64,000 nucleotides of DNA. It comes from Fimbriosthenelais zetlandica (lineage: Eukaryota). The stretch's first letter is position 1; every line of letters begins with the position of its first letter. Positions 27,231-38,114 of the stretch are shown here, piece by piece. The notes under the pieces were generated by a model, which had not been told where the DNA came from, ran no database searches, and was given only the letters and a program-made list of their open reading frames with translations. The stretch covers positions 11,408,001 through 11,472,000 of the forward strand of contig OZ365113.1 in NCBI GenBank assembly GCA_977030845.1, read 5' to 3'. The position numbers were made by a program, and so were the translations under genes.

Positions 27231-29518
27231 TCAGAAATGGAGAAACCATGTTGCAAAGCCGACATTTCAAGTGATTTTGTCTGAGTGCTGATGAAGTGTC
27301 ATTAGCAAAACGGACCTGGCTGTTTTGCCGGGTGGGGAGGGGCGATGTGTACCAATGTATGGCGTGTGGCAGGTCGGTAAGGTGGTGGACTAGGGGCGGC
27401 CATTATCATAGAGTTTGCAGCGTTCAGGAATCTGCCTTGACAGATGACATGAGCGAGCTTGAAGGGGAATCTGATGTACCTGATGGGAGGATGTGTCTTG
27501 TTATGGTGCTCAGCCACTTGGCGTAGCGAAACCTGCGGTCCATGTTTAAACCATGACTGTACCTTTTTTGCTTTTCCTCCCTGTTTCCCAATAAGGAAGT
27601 AGCAACTCCGCATCACAAGAGAGGCCTTTCTTTACTAATGCCCTACATCACCTGGTTCATCTAGATGGCCTCCCAGACACCCCGTCCCTGTTATAGTCCT
27701 ACATTCTATCCACTTCCTTCTCTCACGGAAGCCTCCATATTCTTCTCCCGTTTATAAAAATCCACATTCTTGCAACATCTGCGAAACCCCACGTTCCATC
27801 TCCCCTCGGGCTCACTCTAATGCTATTTTCCCTCAATTATGACTGTAGATGCCATCCAATTTTGTCTCAATATTCCGCAACTCTGCCTCGCCTCTTATGG
27901 CTTATTATATGGCAAGATGTTACCAGCCATTTGCCAATCTGTCAGCAGGACTACACAACGGGCAGCACTTGGGGAGGTGTAGCGTGTACGCTGGTGTTCT
28001 ACTCTGTCCTGATATATATATCCATATATATACTTGACATGTTATACCTCAGCGTGGCATCATATTGCCAGGCAGTTGCATGCATATAAAATAAGGTTTC
28101 TATCAGCAAGCCCCTGCTCCTACAACTCATCCTCATTCCCTTTCCCTCAGCCACTGCGTCATCTGTAACACATAATGATGACAAAAGCCCAAGGCATTAA
28201 AAACCACCTTCATTACCGATATGGGAATAGTTCGAGGAAACATCAATAACCTCAGACCTTTGGGGGGAAAAAATGGCCCAATAACAGCAAGACCTGCCAT
28301 TGGTAAAATGGAAAGAGGAACTCAAGATTTAAAGAGATTTGGGATTCTTCAGTGGAAGACTTCTTTCAGAGATTCAAATTGCTTTCATTAATTCTTAATT
28401 CCTCTTCCTTTTAAGGCAGAGAAAAAGGATAGAAAATCATTTGCTCGTGATTTTTATTGTTTATGGGGGAGAACAAAAAGCGCACCTCATAATTGTAATT
28501 CCACTAATGAAAATGGTAATCATAGACTAATACATTTCTGTATATATCTAGTGTTAGAAATTGATTAAAGTTTACTTAGTTTTATCTGTGCAAACTCTAC
28601 CCAATTACTCCAGTGGAGGTAATCAAATTATATGATTTATCGATCTAATCTAAAATAGACAGTTGTTGCTTCCTGCCACTTTATTCACCATGATTGATGA
28701 AATGAATTAGTTCCCACCAAGCCAGGTGCTTCTAGTATTTTTTCTTGTATTTTCTCATCTCGAATATCGCCAGTGAATGGCTCGTAATGGAATATAGTAC
28801 TCGCCTTTTTGAGTGAGGTTTTGTATCAAATTTAGCCATTTTCATTGAGTGATTCCGGCCACCCCTTGTCATAGATACCCGGAAATGAAAAGGTCTATTT
28901 AAGAGGTCCCCAACAAGATCATGTACATTATTTGTTTTTTTATTCTACAACGATATGAAATCTAGTAGCAAACGGATAGACAGACAATGGAGAGAGAAGT
29001 CTCCCATCGTTCATGAATTTATTTTAGAATTATGATACCTTGAACGTTATGAAATCTGTGGCCAATTTTAATCCAGGGGACAAATCATTGAAACTAAACC
29101 TGCTGCTGCGTCTTCCGCATTTTTTTTATCAGTTCCTTTTGCGTAAGCTGAAGAGTGAAACTGAAAGCAAGATCATCACAACTGTTTTTGCAATGAGGAC
29201 TCCATCAGTCTTTTGGGGAGTTGGGGTTTGAACAGTGTTCAAATACTGTCATGACACAACCCTGTTTTCGACTAAATAGATTCAAGGCTATTTGAGGCTC
29301 TGAGACTGGCAACAACATTTATTTTGCTGACCAGAACAACATCGGCAATTAATATGCACTAAACCAAATGACCACATCTGGTTTTACTGAATAATTATGA
29401 TGAAGTCTGGACCTTTGTTTCGACCCATTCGGAGTTTCGACCCAAGATTCTATGTTGGCTGCCCTATTGACAAAGTCTCCTTGCATCACTAGCGGGTTCA
29501 CAGCTAGCGTCACCATGC

Positions 29519-30210
29519 ACCACCAGCACCAAGATCCCTGTCCCCACTGCTGCTTCTTCAGAGCAGCTGGAGACAGCAGCTGCAGGTGGTAAAGCTGAAT
29601 CAGCAGTAGATGCAAGCAGAGACTGAGAGAGCAGCTGCAGCTGGAGGAGCAGCAGCAGCATCCATGCCACCATTGGTTCTTTGTGACTGCTACTACATCA
29701 CCTCCAGAACAGATCGCTTGTACATAGTGCTCGCAGAGCTGATCATCGCTCCCCTGTACTCCTGCCCCTTTGCTTCCATAGCTGCTGCCTCTTCCTCCTC
29801 CACGGCAAGCGCTTTTCCCCACCACCCACCACCACCACCGCCACCACCCGACACCCACCACCACCACCAACAACATCACTACTCAGCCACAAGCTCCATT
29901 GTGAGCCTGTACACAATCCCCATCCACAAGAAATGTGGGACGGGAGCCAGCCAACATCAGTGTCCGCTTCAGACCCATCCTTGGAGGACACTGCTTAAGG
30001 TTTCCCAATCCCTTTCATTGCCCTGGATTTGGCAAACCGTAAAATACTGGAGGTTCCTACTGTAATAGACATCTTTTCAGGCACTAGTCACTTTCTACAC
30101 GGTGACAACTGCTATAGGTGGCTATAAGAGTACCACCACGGCCTCAGCCTCCTGCCCATCCGCCTCCTGCTTCTCCTCCTCCTCCTCCTCCTCCACAGCC
30201 TCCTCCAGGA
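29519..30210. repeat. CAG/GCA-, CCA- and CCT-rich low-complexity region
   Basis: GCA/CAG runs at about 29550-29660, CCA runs at 29818-29880 and CCT runs at about 30166-30200. These generate the overlapping poly-A/P/H/E ORFs on both strands. Confidence 0.8.
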
Positions 30211-30241
30211 GCCCATGACATGGAGCGGGTGTATACGACTT

Positions 30242-30283
30242 GGGGAGAGGTTGCAGCTGACCATTGGTTCCTGGTGGTGGTTT
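30242..30283 (-). mobile_element. Possible Gypsy integrase linker remnant (GxLQPLP)
   Basis: KPPPGTNGQLQPLP within ORF 30122..30355 resembles K......G.LQPLP(I)P. The expected PW..ISMD does not follow. Confidence 0.2.
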
Positions 30284-30501
30284 GAAGAGGGGCATTAGCC
30301 GCCTCACCCGGAATGCCATGGTGTGTGCTAACCTAGCTGAGGACAATGAGAACATTCAACCTTTGCTTTCGTATTAACCACACCATGGGGTTTAAAAGCA
30401 GGATAGCATGAGAGCAAGCTCCAGCTCCATCAACAAGGTGTGTCTTTAAGACCTCACCTGTCCCTGCACCATCCACCCTGATGAGCCTGTTCCAGAGGAA
30501 A

Positions 30502-30520
30502 GAGGCGGAGGACCAATCAG
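30502..30520 (+). promoter_or_regulatory. Abutting GC-box-like and CCAAT (NF-Y consensus) motifs
   Basis: GAGGCGGAG 30502-30510 directly followed by GACCAATCAG 30511-30520. Confidence 0.25.
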
Positions 30521-31431
30521 TGCAGGCCTAGTATCGGAATACACCCTCCACTGAGCTGAGCATATCTCTCTCTACATGCCTCTTCACCCGGGTGCTAGGC
30601 TCCGATTATCATGCCTGTGTGATTCTCATGCCTATTAAACTGGTTATGACTCGCTCCCTTGTGCAAGTTTCAATGGACCATGATGAAAGGTCGTGTTAAT
30701 GGAGGCCTGAACACATTTCCAATGTAACACATGTGGGCTGACTGTTGTACACTGCAAGATTGAACTAGAAGGGAGGCTGAACCAATTCTGCCTTTTTTCA
30801 CTATTCGTACCTGTCATATTCAACACATACAAGTGAATACTTCACCAACAGCACCGAATGCAGAATATGCTGACTTGGATGTTCTTGAATTTGAAAAAGG
30901 AATTTCATCAACCGTAGTCCACTGGATGTCTGTGCCATATTAGAAAATAGAACAAGGGGATCAAAATCTGTATTATTTCCATAGCAGTGAAGTCTGGATC
31001 TAAAATATGAGATTTGTAACATTCCTTTTCATTGGCTTGTCACGGCACGTAGAATTCTTCTCAATAAAATATTTTACTACCTCTTGAAAGAAACTTGGTG
31101 ATTATCCGAGTGATACGACCTTCAGGCTCTGCAAGACCGGAGGAGATTAACAAGATACTTGTTTAGCGAAGGATATCCTTGGTTGTTTTTTGAGTTTTGG
31201 TCAGATATCCCTTGAAGGGTTGATCAGTCACCATGCTGCACACCTATTCGTCCATAGAGACTTACCGGGGTTACTCCTTTAGGGGGCCCACTATAATGCT
31301 ATACCGCATCGCCTCCATAACAACAACAGGCCACCCCAGGTAGGACCAGTCTTTCTCTGAGGGGAAATTTTGCAAATCTGATTTCTGGTTCAGAAATGAG
31401 CTTTGAAGACGGGGGAGATTGTTGATGGAAT

Positions 31432-31476
31432 GGGGTTTAACGTCACTTTCAACAATTTTTCAGTTATATCATGACG
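31432..31476 (-). mobile_element. SINE/LINE 3'-tail-like fragment
   Basis: Minus strand CGTCATGATATAACTGAAAAATTGTTGAAAGTGACGTTAAACCCC matches my recollection of the ACTGAAAAATTGTTGA...GACGTTAAAC 3' tail common to invertebrate (notably mollusc) SINEs. Not verified against a database. Confidence 0.42.
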
Positions 31477-32798
31477 ATATTGCTGTAATTATTATGTTGT
31501 GAGGAATTTGATGTATTAAAATTATTTTAAGACCGTCAATTGAATATAGTCTTAAAGTTTAGGCTTCCTTAAGGAGCTGAATAATCATCATTCTGCAATT
31601 GATCTTGCCAATTGATCTCCTTCATGATAAATATACTGTTGGCTTTAGTACAAATTAAAGCTGCCACCTTGATTGCATATTAACAGAATTTTTCTCGTTT
31701 ATTGATTGTTGTGCTCAGTCTGGTTTCTGTGTGATACTGTGTCTTAGTATTTTTTCAGTGAATGAAATGACGACCTGAAAATGACGTCTCTCGGCTGATC
31801 ATGATCTTTTATCTCTGCACGATGACATCTATTTATATGACGGTTAATTGTTGTCCATGTTCCCCATCATTTCTCTTTTTGCGATTTTCTCATGTCTACC
31901 TGTGATTATACGATACAAAGATTAATATGACTTTGATACATTGCGTCGTTCTTCTCCAAAAGATGTATACAATAATATTCGAGAATATAATTCAATTTAT
32001 TTGTTTTTAATAATCAAGATTTACGAAATACACCCGGTGAATGAATGACGATTTAGTCAATTACTAAATCATTCTATGTGTGATTCTGCATATCTTTCAT
32101 TATTCATGATAAATAGGAATTCTAACCTTTTTATTCATCCACTATCTACGCGTACATCATGAAGTTGCTGAAGTGCTGCACAGTAAATTTGTCTCGTGTA
32201 AATTTATCGACACAGTGAATACACAATGTGCATGAGTACCCACGTGAAAACGCAAAATCTATTTTAAAATATGTGAAAGTCGGCTGGATGAATGACTGAA
32301 CGGTTGTTTTTAAAAAAAATATTTGGTATAATATATAAGTACACTAATCCATGCTCATTCCTAGATGGGCTAGGAAAAGTTGAGGGTCTATTTTACCTGT
32401 CAGTTGAATCATATCGACAAAGGTCGGTATGCTGGCTCATGGTACAATTCTCTATGTATGAACATAACAGTTGCAGTGCGAATAATGTTATACATTGGGC
32501 TCCATGAGCTTTGAGCTACCAGTAGTTCTGGATTCTCTGTTTATACAAGTTTTGCATCTAGAATGTTTACGCAGCTTGGCTGCTACTCTTACCTCACACT
32601 GCTGTGTCCATATACTTCCTCCGGTTTCATTATCACCTGTCCTACAGCCTCTGTCATGTATCCCAGTCTAGTACATAATATACCGTTATATTATATGATG
32701 TCATTGTTTTTTAACAAAATAATCATACATATCATCTTTGAGTAATCAAGAGTGTGAGCTGGTATTCACCCATAACAGGCTCTATAAAAATTCTAACC

Positions 32799-32815
32799 AA
32801 AAAAAAAAAAAAAAA
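32799..32815 (+). repeat. Poly(A) tract (17 nt)
   Basis: Counted directly. Confidence 0.95.
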
Positions 32816-33322
32816 TCTGCGACAGTAAATCTATACTCTGAATCCATTGAATTGCCAGCCTTCGGGGAGCAAAGATTCTAGATATTGTAGTCTGTAAAGA
32901 CCTGTTCAAAAGACATCAACCAATACATTTATTTTTCGGATGAACTACTCTTCAGCCAGTTACTTATAGCTCCTAAATATTTAATGTCATACATTAGTCA
33001 GCAGTCCAAGACTTTGAGTTAATCTGGCCATTGCTCCTTGAGCAACACCTCCTAAAAGCTTTTTAATATTTCATCATCTTGTAATGGCTGGGATAGAGGG
33101 AGACAGTAAAGTGAGCTGGGAGGTGAGCTTCCCATGTCATGGTCAACTTTCAGGCCTAAGCCCTGACTCATCTGAGATCTCCTGCTCAGTGGAACTATGC
33201 CTTACACTATATATTATATAGCTCTCTGTAAGAAGGGGCAAGTAATGTATTTCCTCTGTGGGTTCCTTTCTGAAAAGAAGAGTTTTCTCTTCATAGTTCC
33301 AGTAGTTCCAGTTCAAAACGAT

Positions 33323-33451
33323 TAGAATGCTCTTTAAGAACAGTGTCCTCTCATTACAAAGATCGTTGACCTCGTTTTTGTGGGGTCTCTTACTTAGCAA
33401 ATCTTCGAAAACTTCCCTGTTCAGCAATTTGTATTCAGGAACCCCCAGATA
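33323..33451 (-). mobile_element. L1/Tx1-clade LINE RT C-terminal remnant
   Basis: YLGVPEYKLLNREVFEDLLSKRPHKNEVNDLCNERTLFLKSIL resembles YLGVPL.....F..LL.KI......LS..GR..LIKSVL, about 5 aa shorter than expected. Confidence 0.42.
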
Positions 33452-35994
33452 CTGCAATTGCATTTATGATGAAATGTGATCAGGCATCCTAGGTTCAGGC
33501 CAACCTCATAGTTGTCAGCCTCCTAAGTATATAAAGGACAAGACAGGCCAAGGACTCGGTACCTTAGCAGAACTAGATCTACATAGAACCTTTGATGGAG
33601 CAACTGTTCCAGTTCGTTCCTCTGTTTTCTATGAGAAACCTTTGACACATCTATAGTCATAAAAATATGCTATCATAAAAACTAGTTTTTTTTCTTACAT
33701 TTCCTGTGTAGGCTTAAATTAACGATATATGGAAATTACTAAGCTGTAATTGTTGACTCAAACCATGTTCACCGATCTAATATAAAGGAAGAAAAGGGGA
33801 TTTACCTTGTTTTGCTGTACCTTTTAAAACAGATCATTCACGTGCTAGTCATGTAAGCTCGATCAAAATCAACTGGCCAGCCCATGTTAGGCTACTACAT
33901 GGCATGAATGCAAATGGCGGCCTCCAAGTTGTGGAAAGCCTAGGAAGTGGCCCCCAGTGGCTGCCAAATGCTTCTTTGGGTTTTGATTACTGGCAAGACA
34001 TGAGTGAGGCAGTACATAATGCTGGGAAAATTCACCAACCCTGACTAAATGGACCCCAGTGTGTTAAGGCATTGTTTTAGTGCTCTTGAAAAGACTTGAG
34101 GCTGAGGTCTTTGACACCATTAGCAGTTTTGGTGTGTTTGGTGAGGGTTCACCACGGACAAAGTGGTAACTTGCTATATATGGGGTGCTCTATGTTTATG
34201 CCAGCATGTCTTAAGTCAAACTTCAATGTTTTTTCAGTATTCTACAGCCATGATATATAGACAAAACAGTCTGATTAATTGTATAACCAGATGGATGAAT
34301 TCATGAATGTTCTTACTTGATTGATTGAATTGGAGTACAACAACAATTGATAGATCCGCGATATGAATTGTGAGTGAGCTAATGTTACTTGCCTAACAAA
34401 CGGTGTATAGTATACATTAGGCAGGCTGCTAGATGTTATTTTATTTAATGGATGTTGTCTGACACTCATCAACAATTAGCTGGTAGAATAAGATCAGTAA
34501 AAAGGTATTTAGCACCACTACATGCATTACTCCATCATTTGAGGAGAATATAGGTTTGATAAACCCTTACATTGTTTCTTCATGTAAATGAAGAACTGTA
34601 AGCTTACCATTACTTATCATTACAATGTTATTGAAAACAGATACTAGAAATATTTTAGTAATCCCAAATGGACGCATTCCCTTCAATCTAGCTCAGCCTT
34701 GTGTACTTTCTTACATTTATGCTGTTTATCTTATCGTGTGAGATCATAAGAGGTTGTTCTTCACAAGCGACTGTGGGAGCCTGATCGCTATCTAGCAGCT
34801 GCGCCATAGCCTACTTTATCCTTAGTTGGCATTTATCGCTTTGTCCTTATTCCTAGTCACAGCTCCAAAGCTGAATGCATGCTCATGCTGTTTCCATAAT
34901 AATTCAATATTGCTACATCAATCTCAGTGTTGTGCAAAAAGAGAGTGATCATCTCATATATGTGTTATTAAAGCCCATTTGACATTGTGATTGAAAACAT
35001 GTTATGGTCTTCCATCACCTATGATGCTGTGTAGGTTGCAGTGGATGCCGCTTGGAGTTGACCACCCAAGCCCAACATCTTGGCATGTATACAAGAAGTC
35101 TCTCGGTAACATGGAATTTATGCAAAGCTGCATTTGGCTGTGGTAACCGGTTGTCACAGCCCTGGCAGAAATCTCCATATAGATGCAGGACCTTGACATC
35201 TGGTTGACACTGAGTGTCAGGAAACTGGTTAGCTTAACTTTGCCTTCTCGACAAGTACTGGGTCTTGGTCTGATGTTGGGGTACGACAGACATATTGAAC
35301 CGACGCCTGTCACGGGGAAAGCAGAAATTAATGAAAGCATGAGAAAGAATGATGAAAGATGGGCAAGAATTATTCACAGCTATCATGCAACTTTGTAATC
35401 AGCGAAGGAGTAACTAGTGTCTTTAATCAGTACTCCTAATCTGTTAACTGCTCCTCACAGGCATCATGTCACGTCTTAAATGCCAAAAGGACTTCTCTCT
35501 ACATCACATGTATTTGAAAAGCATAAATTTCCAATGACAAATTTTGATGTAGTGAGCAAAGATTTACATATTCACCATTTTTAACCAAAATTAAAAGTTC
35601 TGCCAATTACCTGTGTATTATAGATGAATGTGTATTAATAATGTTTGACAGATTGACGCGTTCAGCTTTTTAAATACCGTCAATTATGCCAGTAGGCTTT
35701 GAATTATGAATACTGACCACCATATTTCGTGTAGGATCATCCCTTTTTTTCTTTTTTTAGTGCAATTAAAAAGCTGCGTTCTTTTAAAAGTGTTAAGCGC
35801 ATATGAATTAAGGCATCATTCAAAATTTACCTCCCTGGCTGTCTCTTGATAATTAATGACAGATCGGGAGTAGTGAATGGAAGGTAAAAACCTGACATAA
35901 CACATTGTCGGAGGCATGGAGGAAAAATAGTTGTACTCTAAAGTAGGCTCTGCTAATGCAAGTGTAGATGAACAGAGCCGTTTTAAAAGAGTCG

Positions 35995-36071
35995 CAACAT
36001 AGGCATAGACCCAACATAGGCATAGACCCAACATAGGCATAGACCCAACATAGGCATAGACCCAACATAGG
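35995..36071. repeat. Perfect 17-bp minisatellite, about 4.5 copies
   Basis: CAACATAGGCATAGACC units start at 35995, 36012, 36029 and 36046, plus a 9-nt partial. Confidence 0.98.
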
Positions 36072-37055
36072 GGCCTATATATATATGTTGTACCCATTAT
36101 ATATCAGTGTGGCCAAGGCCACGATAATGCATGCATTCCACTTACTTGCATTGCTTACTTACAATGGCATAGTGGTGGGTGATTGTTAGAGGTATGGAGG
36201 ATCACACAGGGTTCATTTGTGTTCAAAGTTCATAATGGATATTGTATAGGTACATGCACCACTCAAACCATGCACCTGTGATCAATAAACAATTGGTATC
36301 GATCACCGGACCACATGATTGTAGGATCAGGATCAAAAGGAGCTCGGGGTATTTCCAATGTTCCCTCCAACTATCAGTTCCTCCTGTAGGCTTTTTTTTG
36401 AGCTGTTCAATGGTACATTGAACTTACCAAGTGGCCATTGTTTTCAATGAACCTGTATAGTGAGCCCTGAGATATTGATTCTCTTTTGCTCGTCTGATTG
36501 ATACTGAGATTTACCTTTGAAGTCGGAGCATCTTTAATTTTCCAACTGACCTTGTTCTGTATCAGTTTCTTTGATGGTGTAGAAAGGTAGAAATTCCCAT
36601 TAGTCATACCCGTTTGCCTTTAATTTCAAAAGGGATTAATTCTACCTTGATTCATCTTTTCATGATCTGATGCCTACATTGCACAGCTCACATTACCAAG
36701 GTCCTTGTATAATACCGTCTGACATTGGAGATGAGATATATAAGCATAGATTTACGATAAAGATTCTGAACTGTCTTGACTTTCAGCATTGTACCTTTGC
36801 TTTGTGTTTAACAATATTGGCTAATCAGCTTTGTTCATCATGTTGGTTGTCTCATGTCTACTGGTAAGAAGAGACAGTGTGCTTGACATCTGTCTGCCAC
36901 TGGCCAAGACAGGAGGCAGCCTTCTGATGTGTCAAGGCACATCTACTGTAAGCCGTGCCTTGGGCATATATATTGAGGAAACCCAGCGTGATCCTTGATC
37001 CTTTCTTCTAAAACTGAATAACTCTAATTGCAAATACCTGTCCTCTTTATTTATC

Positions 37056-37120
37056 ATCCAAGCAGGATGGATTACTGAAACAGGGGTTGCATTGGATCAA
37101 ATTGGAACAATTATATCCAG
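37056..37120 (-). pseudogene. Degenerate Notch-type EGF-like pseudo-exon
   Basis: After a phase-1 acceptor (ctatatAG|, exon start 37120) it reads (A)GYNCSNLIQCNPCFSNPSCLD, resembling G.NC...I..C.SNPC.N...C.D. A stop precedes the nearest donor. Confidence 0.22.
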
Positions 37121-37856
37121 CTATATAGATTGGTAGCAATAGTTTATCAGTGAATAATGCATACCATGCACAACAGAAGACTATGTACCTCCATATCAAT
37201 AGTGTTACATCACTATTTTGCCCAATTGTAAGTGACATAAGCTTAATAGTCAATGTTCCTATGCCTAATATTATAGTACATGTATATGTATACAATGTCG
37301 ATATATTCACCGAAATTTACCTGGTTTAACTCTGGTACATAATTCACGGTAATTCAAATAGATCGAGAAGTCAGAACATCACATTAAGCCAAAATATCAT
37401 TTGAAACTGACAGCAAATTGAAGTTCTCGAAACATTGTCATTGAGATTAGTGATTCTAGGATAATGGAAAATGCAATTGGAATAAGCAGCCTCTGCAATC
37501 AGCCAGAGAGAGTGGGAGTATTTTGTGCTCTAATGGCTGGTCGAACCCCCTGAGTCAGCGAAATCCAAATCTTTGAAAACTTCCCTGTCATTTTCTTGGG
37601 TTTTTGAAAGGCACTTGGATTTTGCAGGTTGACAAAAAGGGCAGTTCCTACCTTCGAGAATTAAGTCATTTTTGTATATTAGTGAGCATTACCTTGACTA
37701 AATTCATATCAAAGTTTAATCAGTAAATATGAACTATATAAATTAGCATCGCCGTATCAAGAGATGTACTGAGAGAGGATGAAAGAAATTGATAACAAAA
37801 TAAGCCTAGTATATCCCAGTCTGAGATGCTCTCCCTGAAGCCAGTCTCCAAATTAC

Positions 37857-38114
37857 TTCCTCGGGCCCTCTGTCAGGCTCAAGGCAGAGCTGGAGCCAAT
37901 TGCCACAACATTACGTGGAAATCTATCCAGAACTAAGCTTCTTTCCCTATACTGTCTTTCACTCGAAAATTCTGCCAGCGTTTTCTCGTCTTCTGTCAGG
38001 CTTGAGGCAAAATCGTTTCCACAGATAAAGCTCCCATAGCAACGCCTTGATAATCCTATTGATGCAGGACTAACTAACGAGACCACACTTGAAAAACCCC
38101 AAGCAACCACTTTT
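37857..38114 (-). CDS. Candidate internal exon (258 bp), Ser-rich/charged peptide, product unknown
   Basis: Acceptor ctattgacgggccttttctctcattAG| with branch-like TTGAC and pyrimidine tract; donor GAA|GTAATT. Symmetric phase 2, stop-free KVVAWGFSSVV...SSLTEDEKTLAEFSSERQYRERSL...TEGPR. Confidence 0.38.

Noticed and set aside
28332-28346. 15-mer AAGAGATTTGGGATT shared with 42210-42224
   Set aside because: A few exact 15-mer pairs are expected by chance in 64 kb, and the flanks do not extend the match.
31266-31356. Minus-strand AG...GTAAGT candidate exon
   Set aside because: All three frames contain stops.
36294-36300. TGGTATC after AACA as a tRNA-Met primer-binding site
   Set aside because: Only 7 nt match (AGAGC missing) and no LTR pair or downstream gag.
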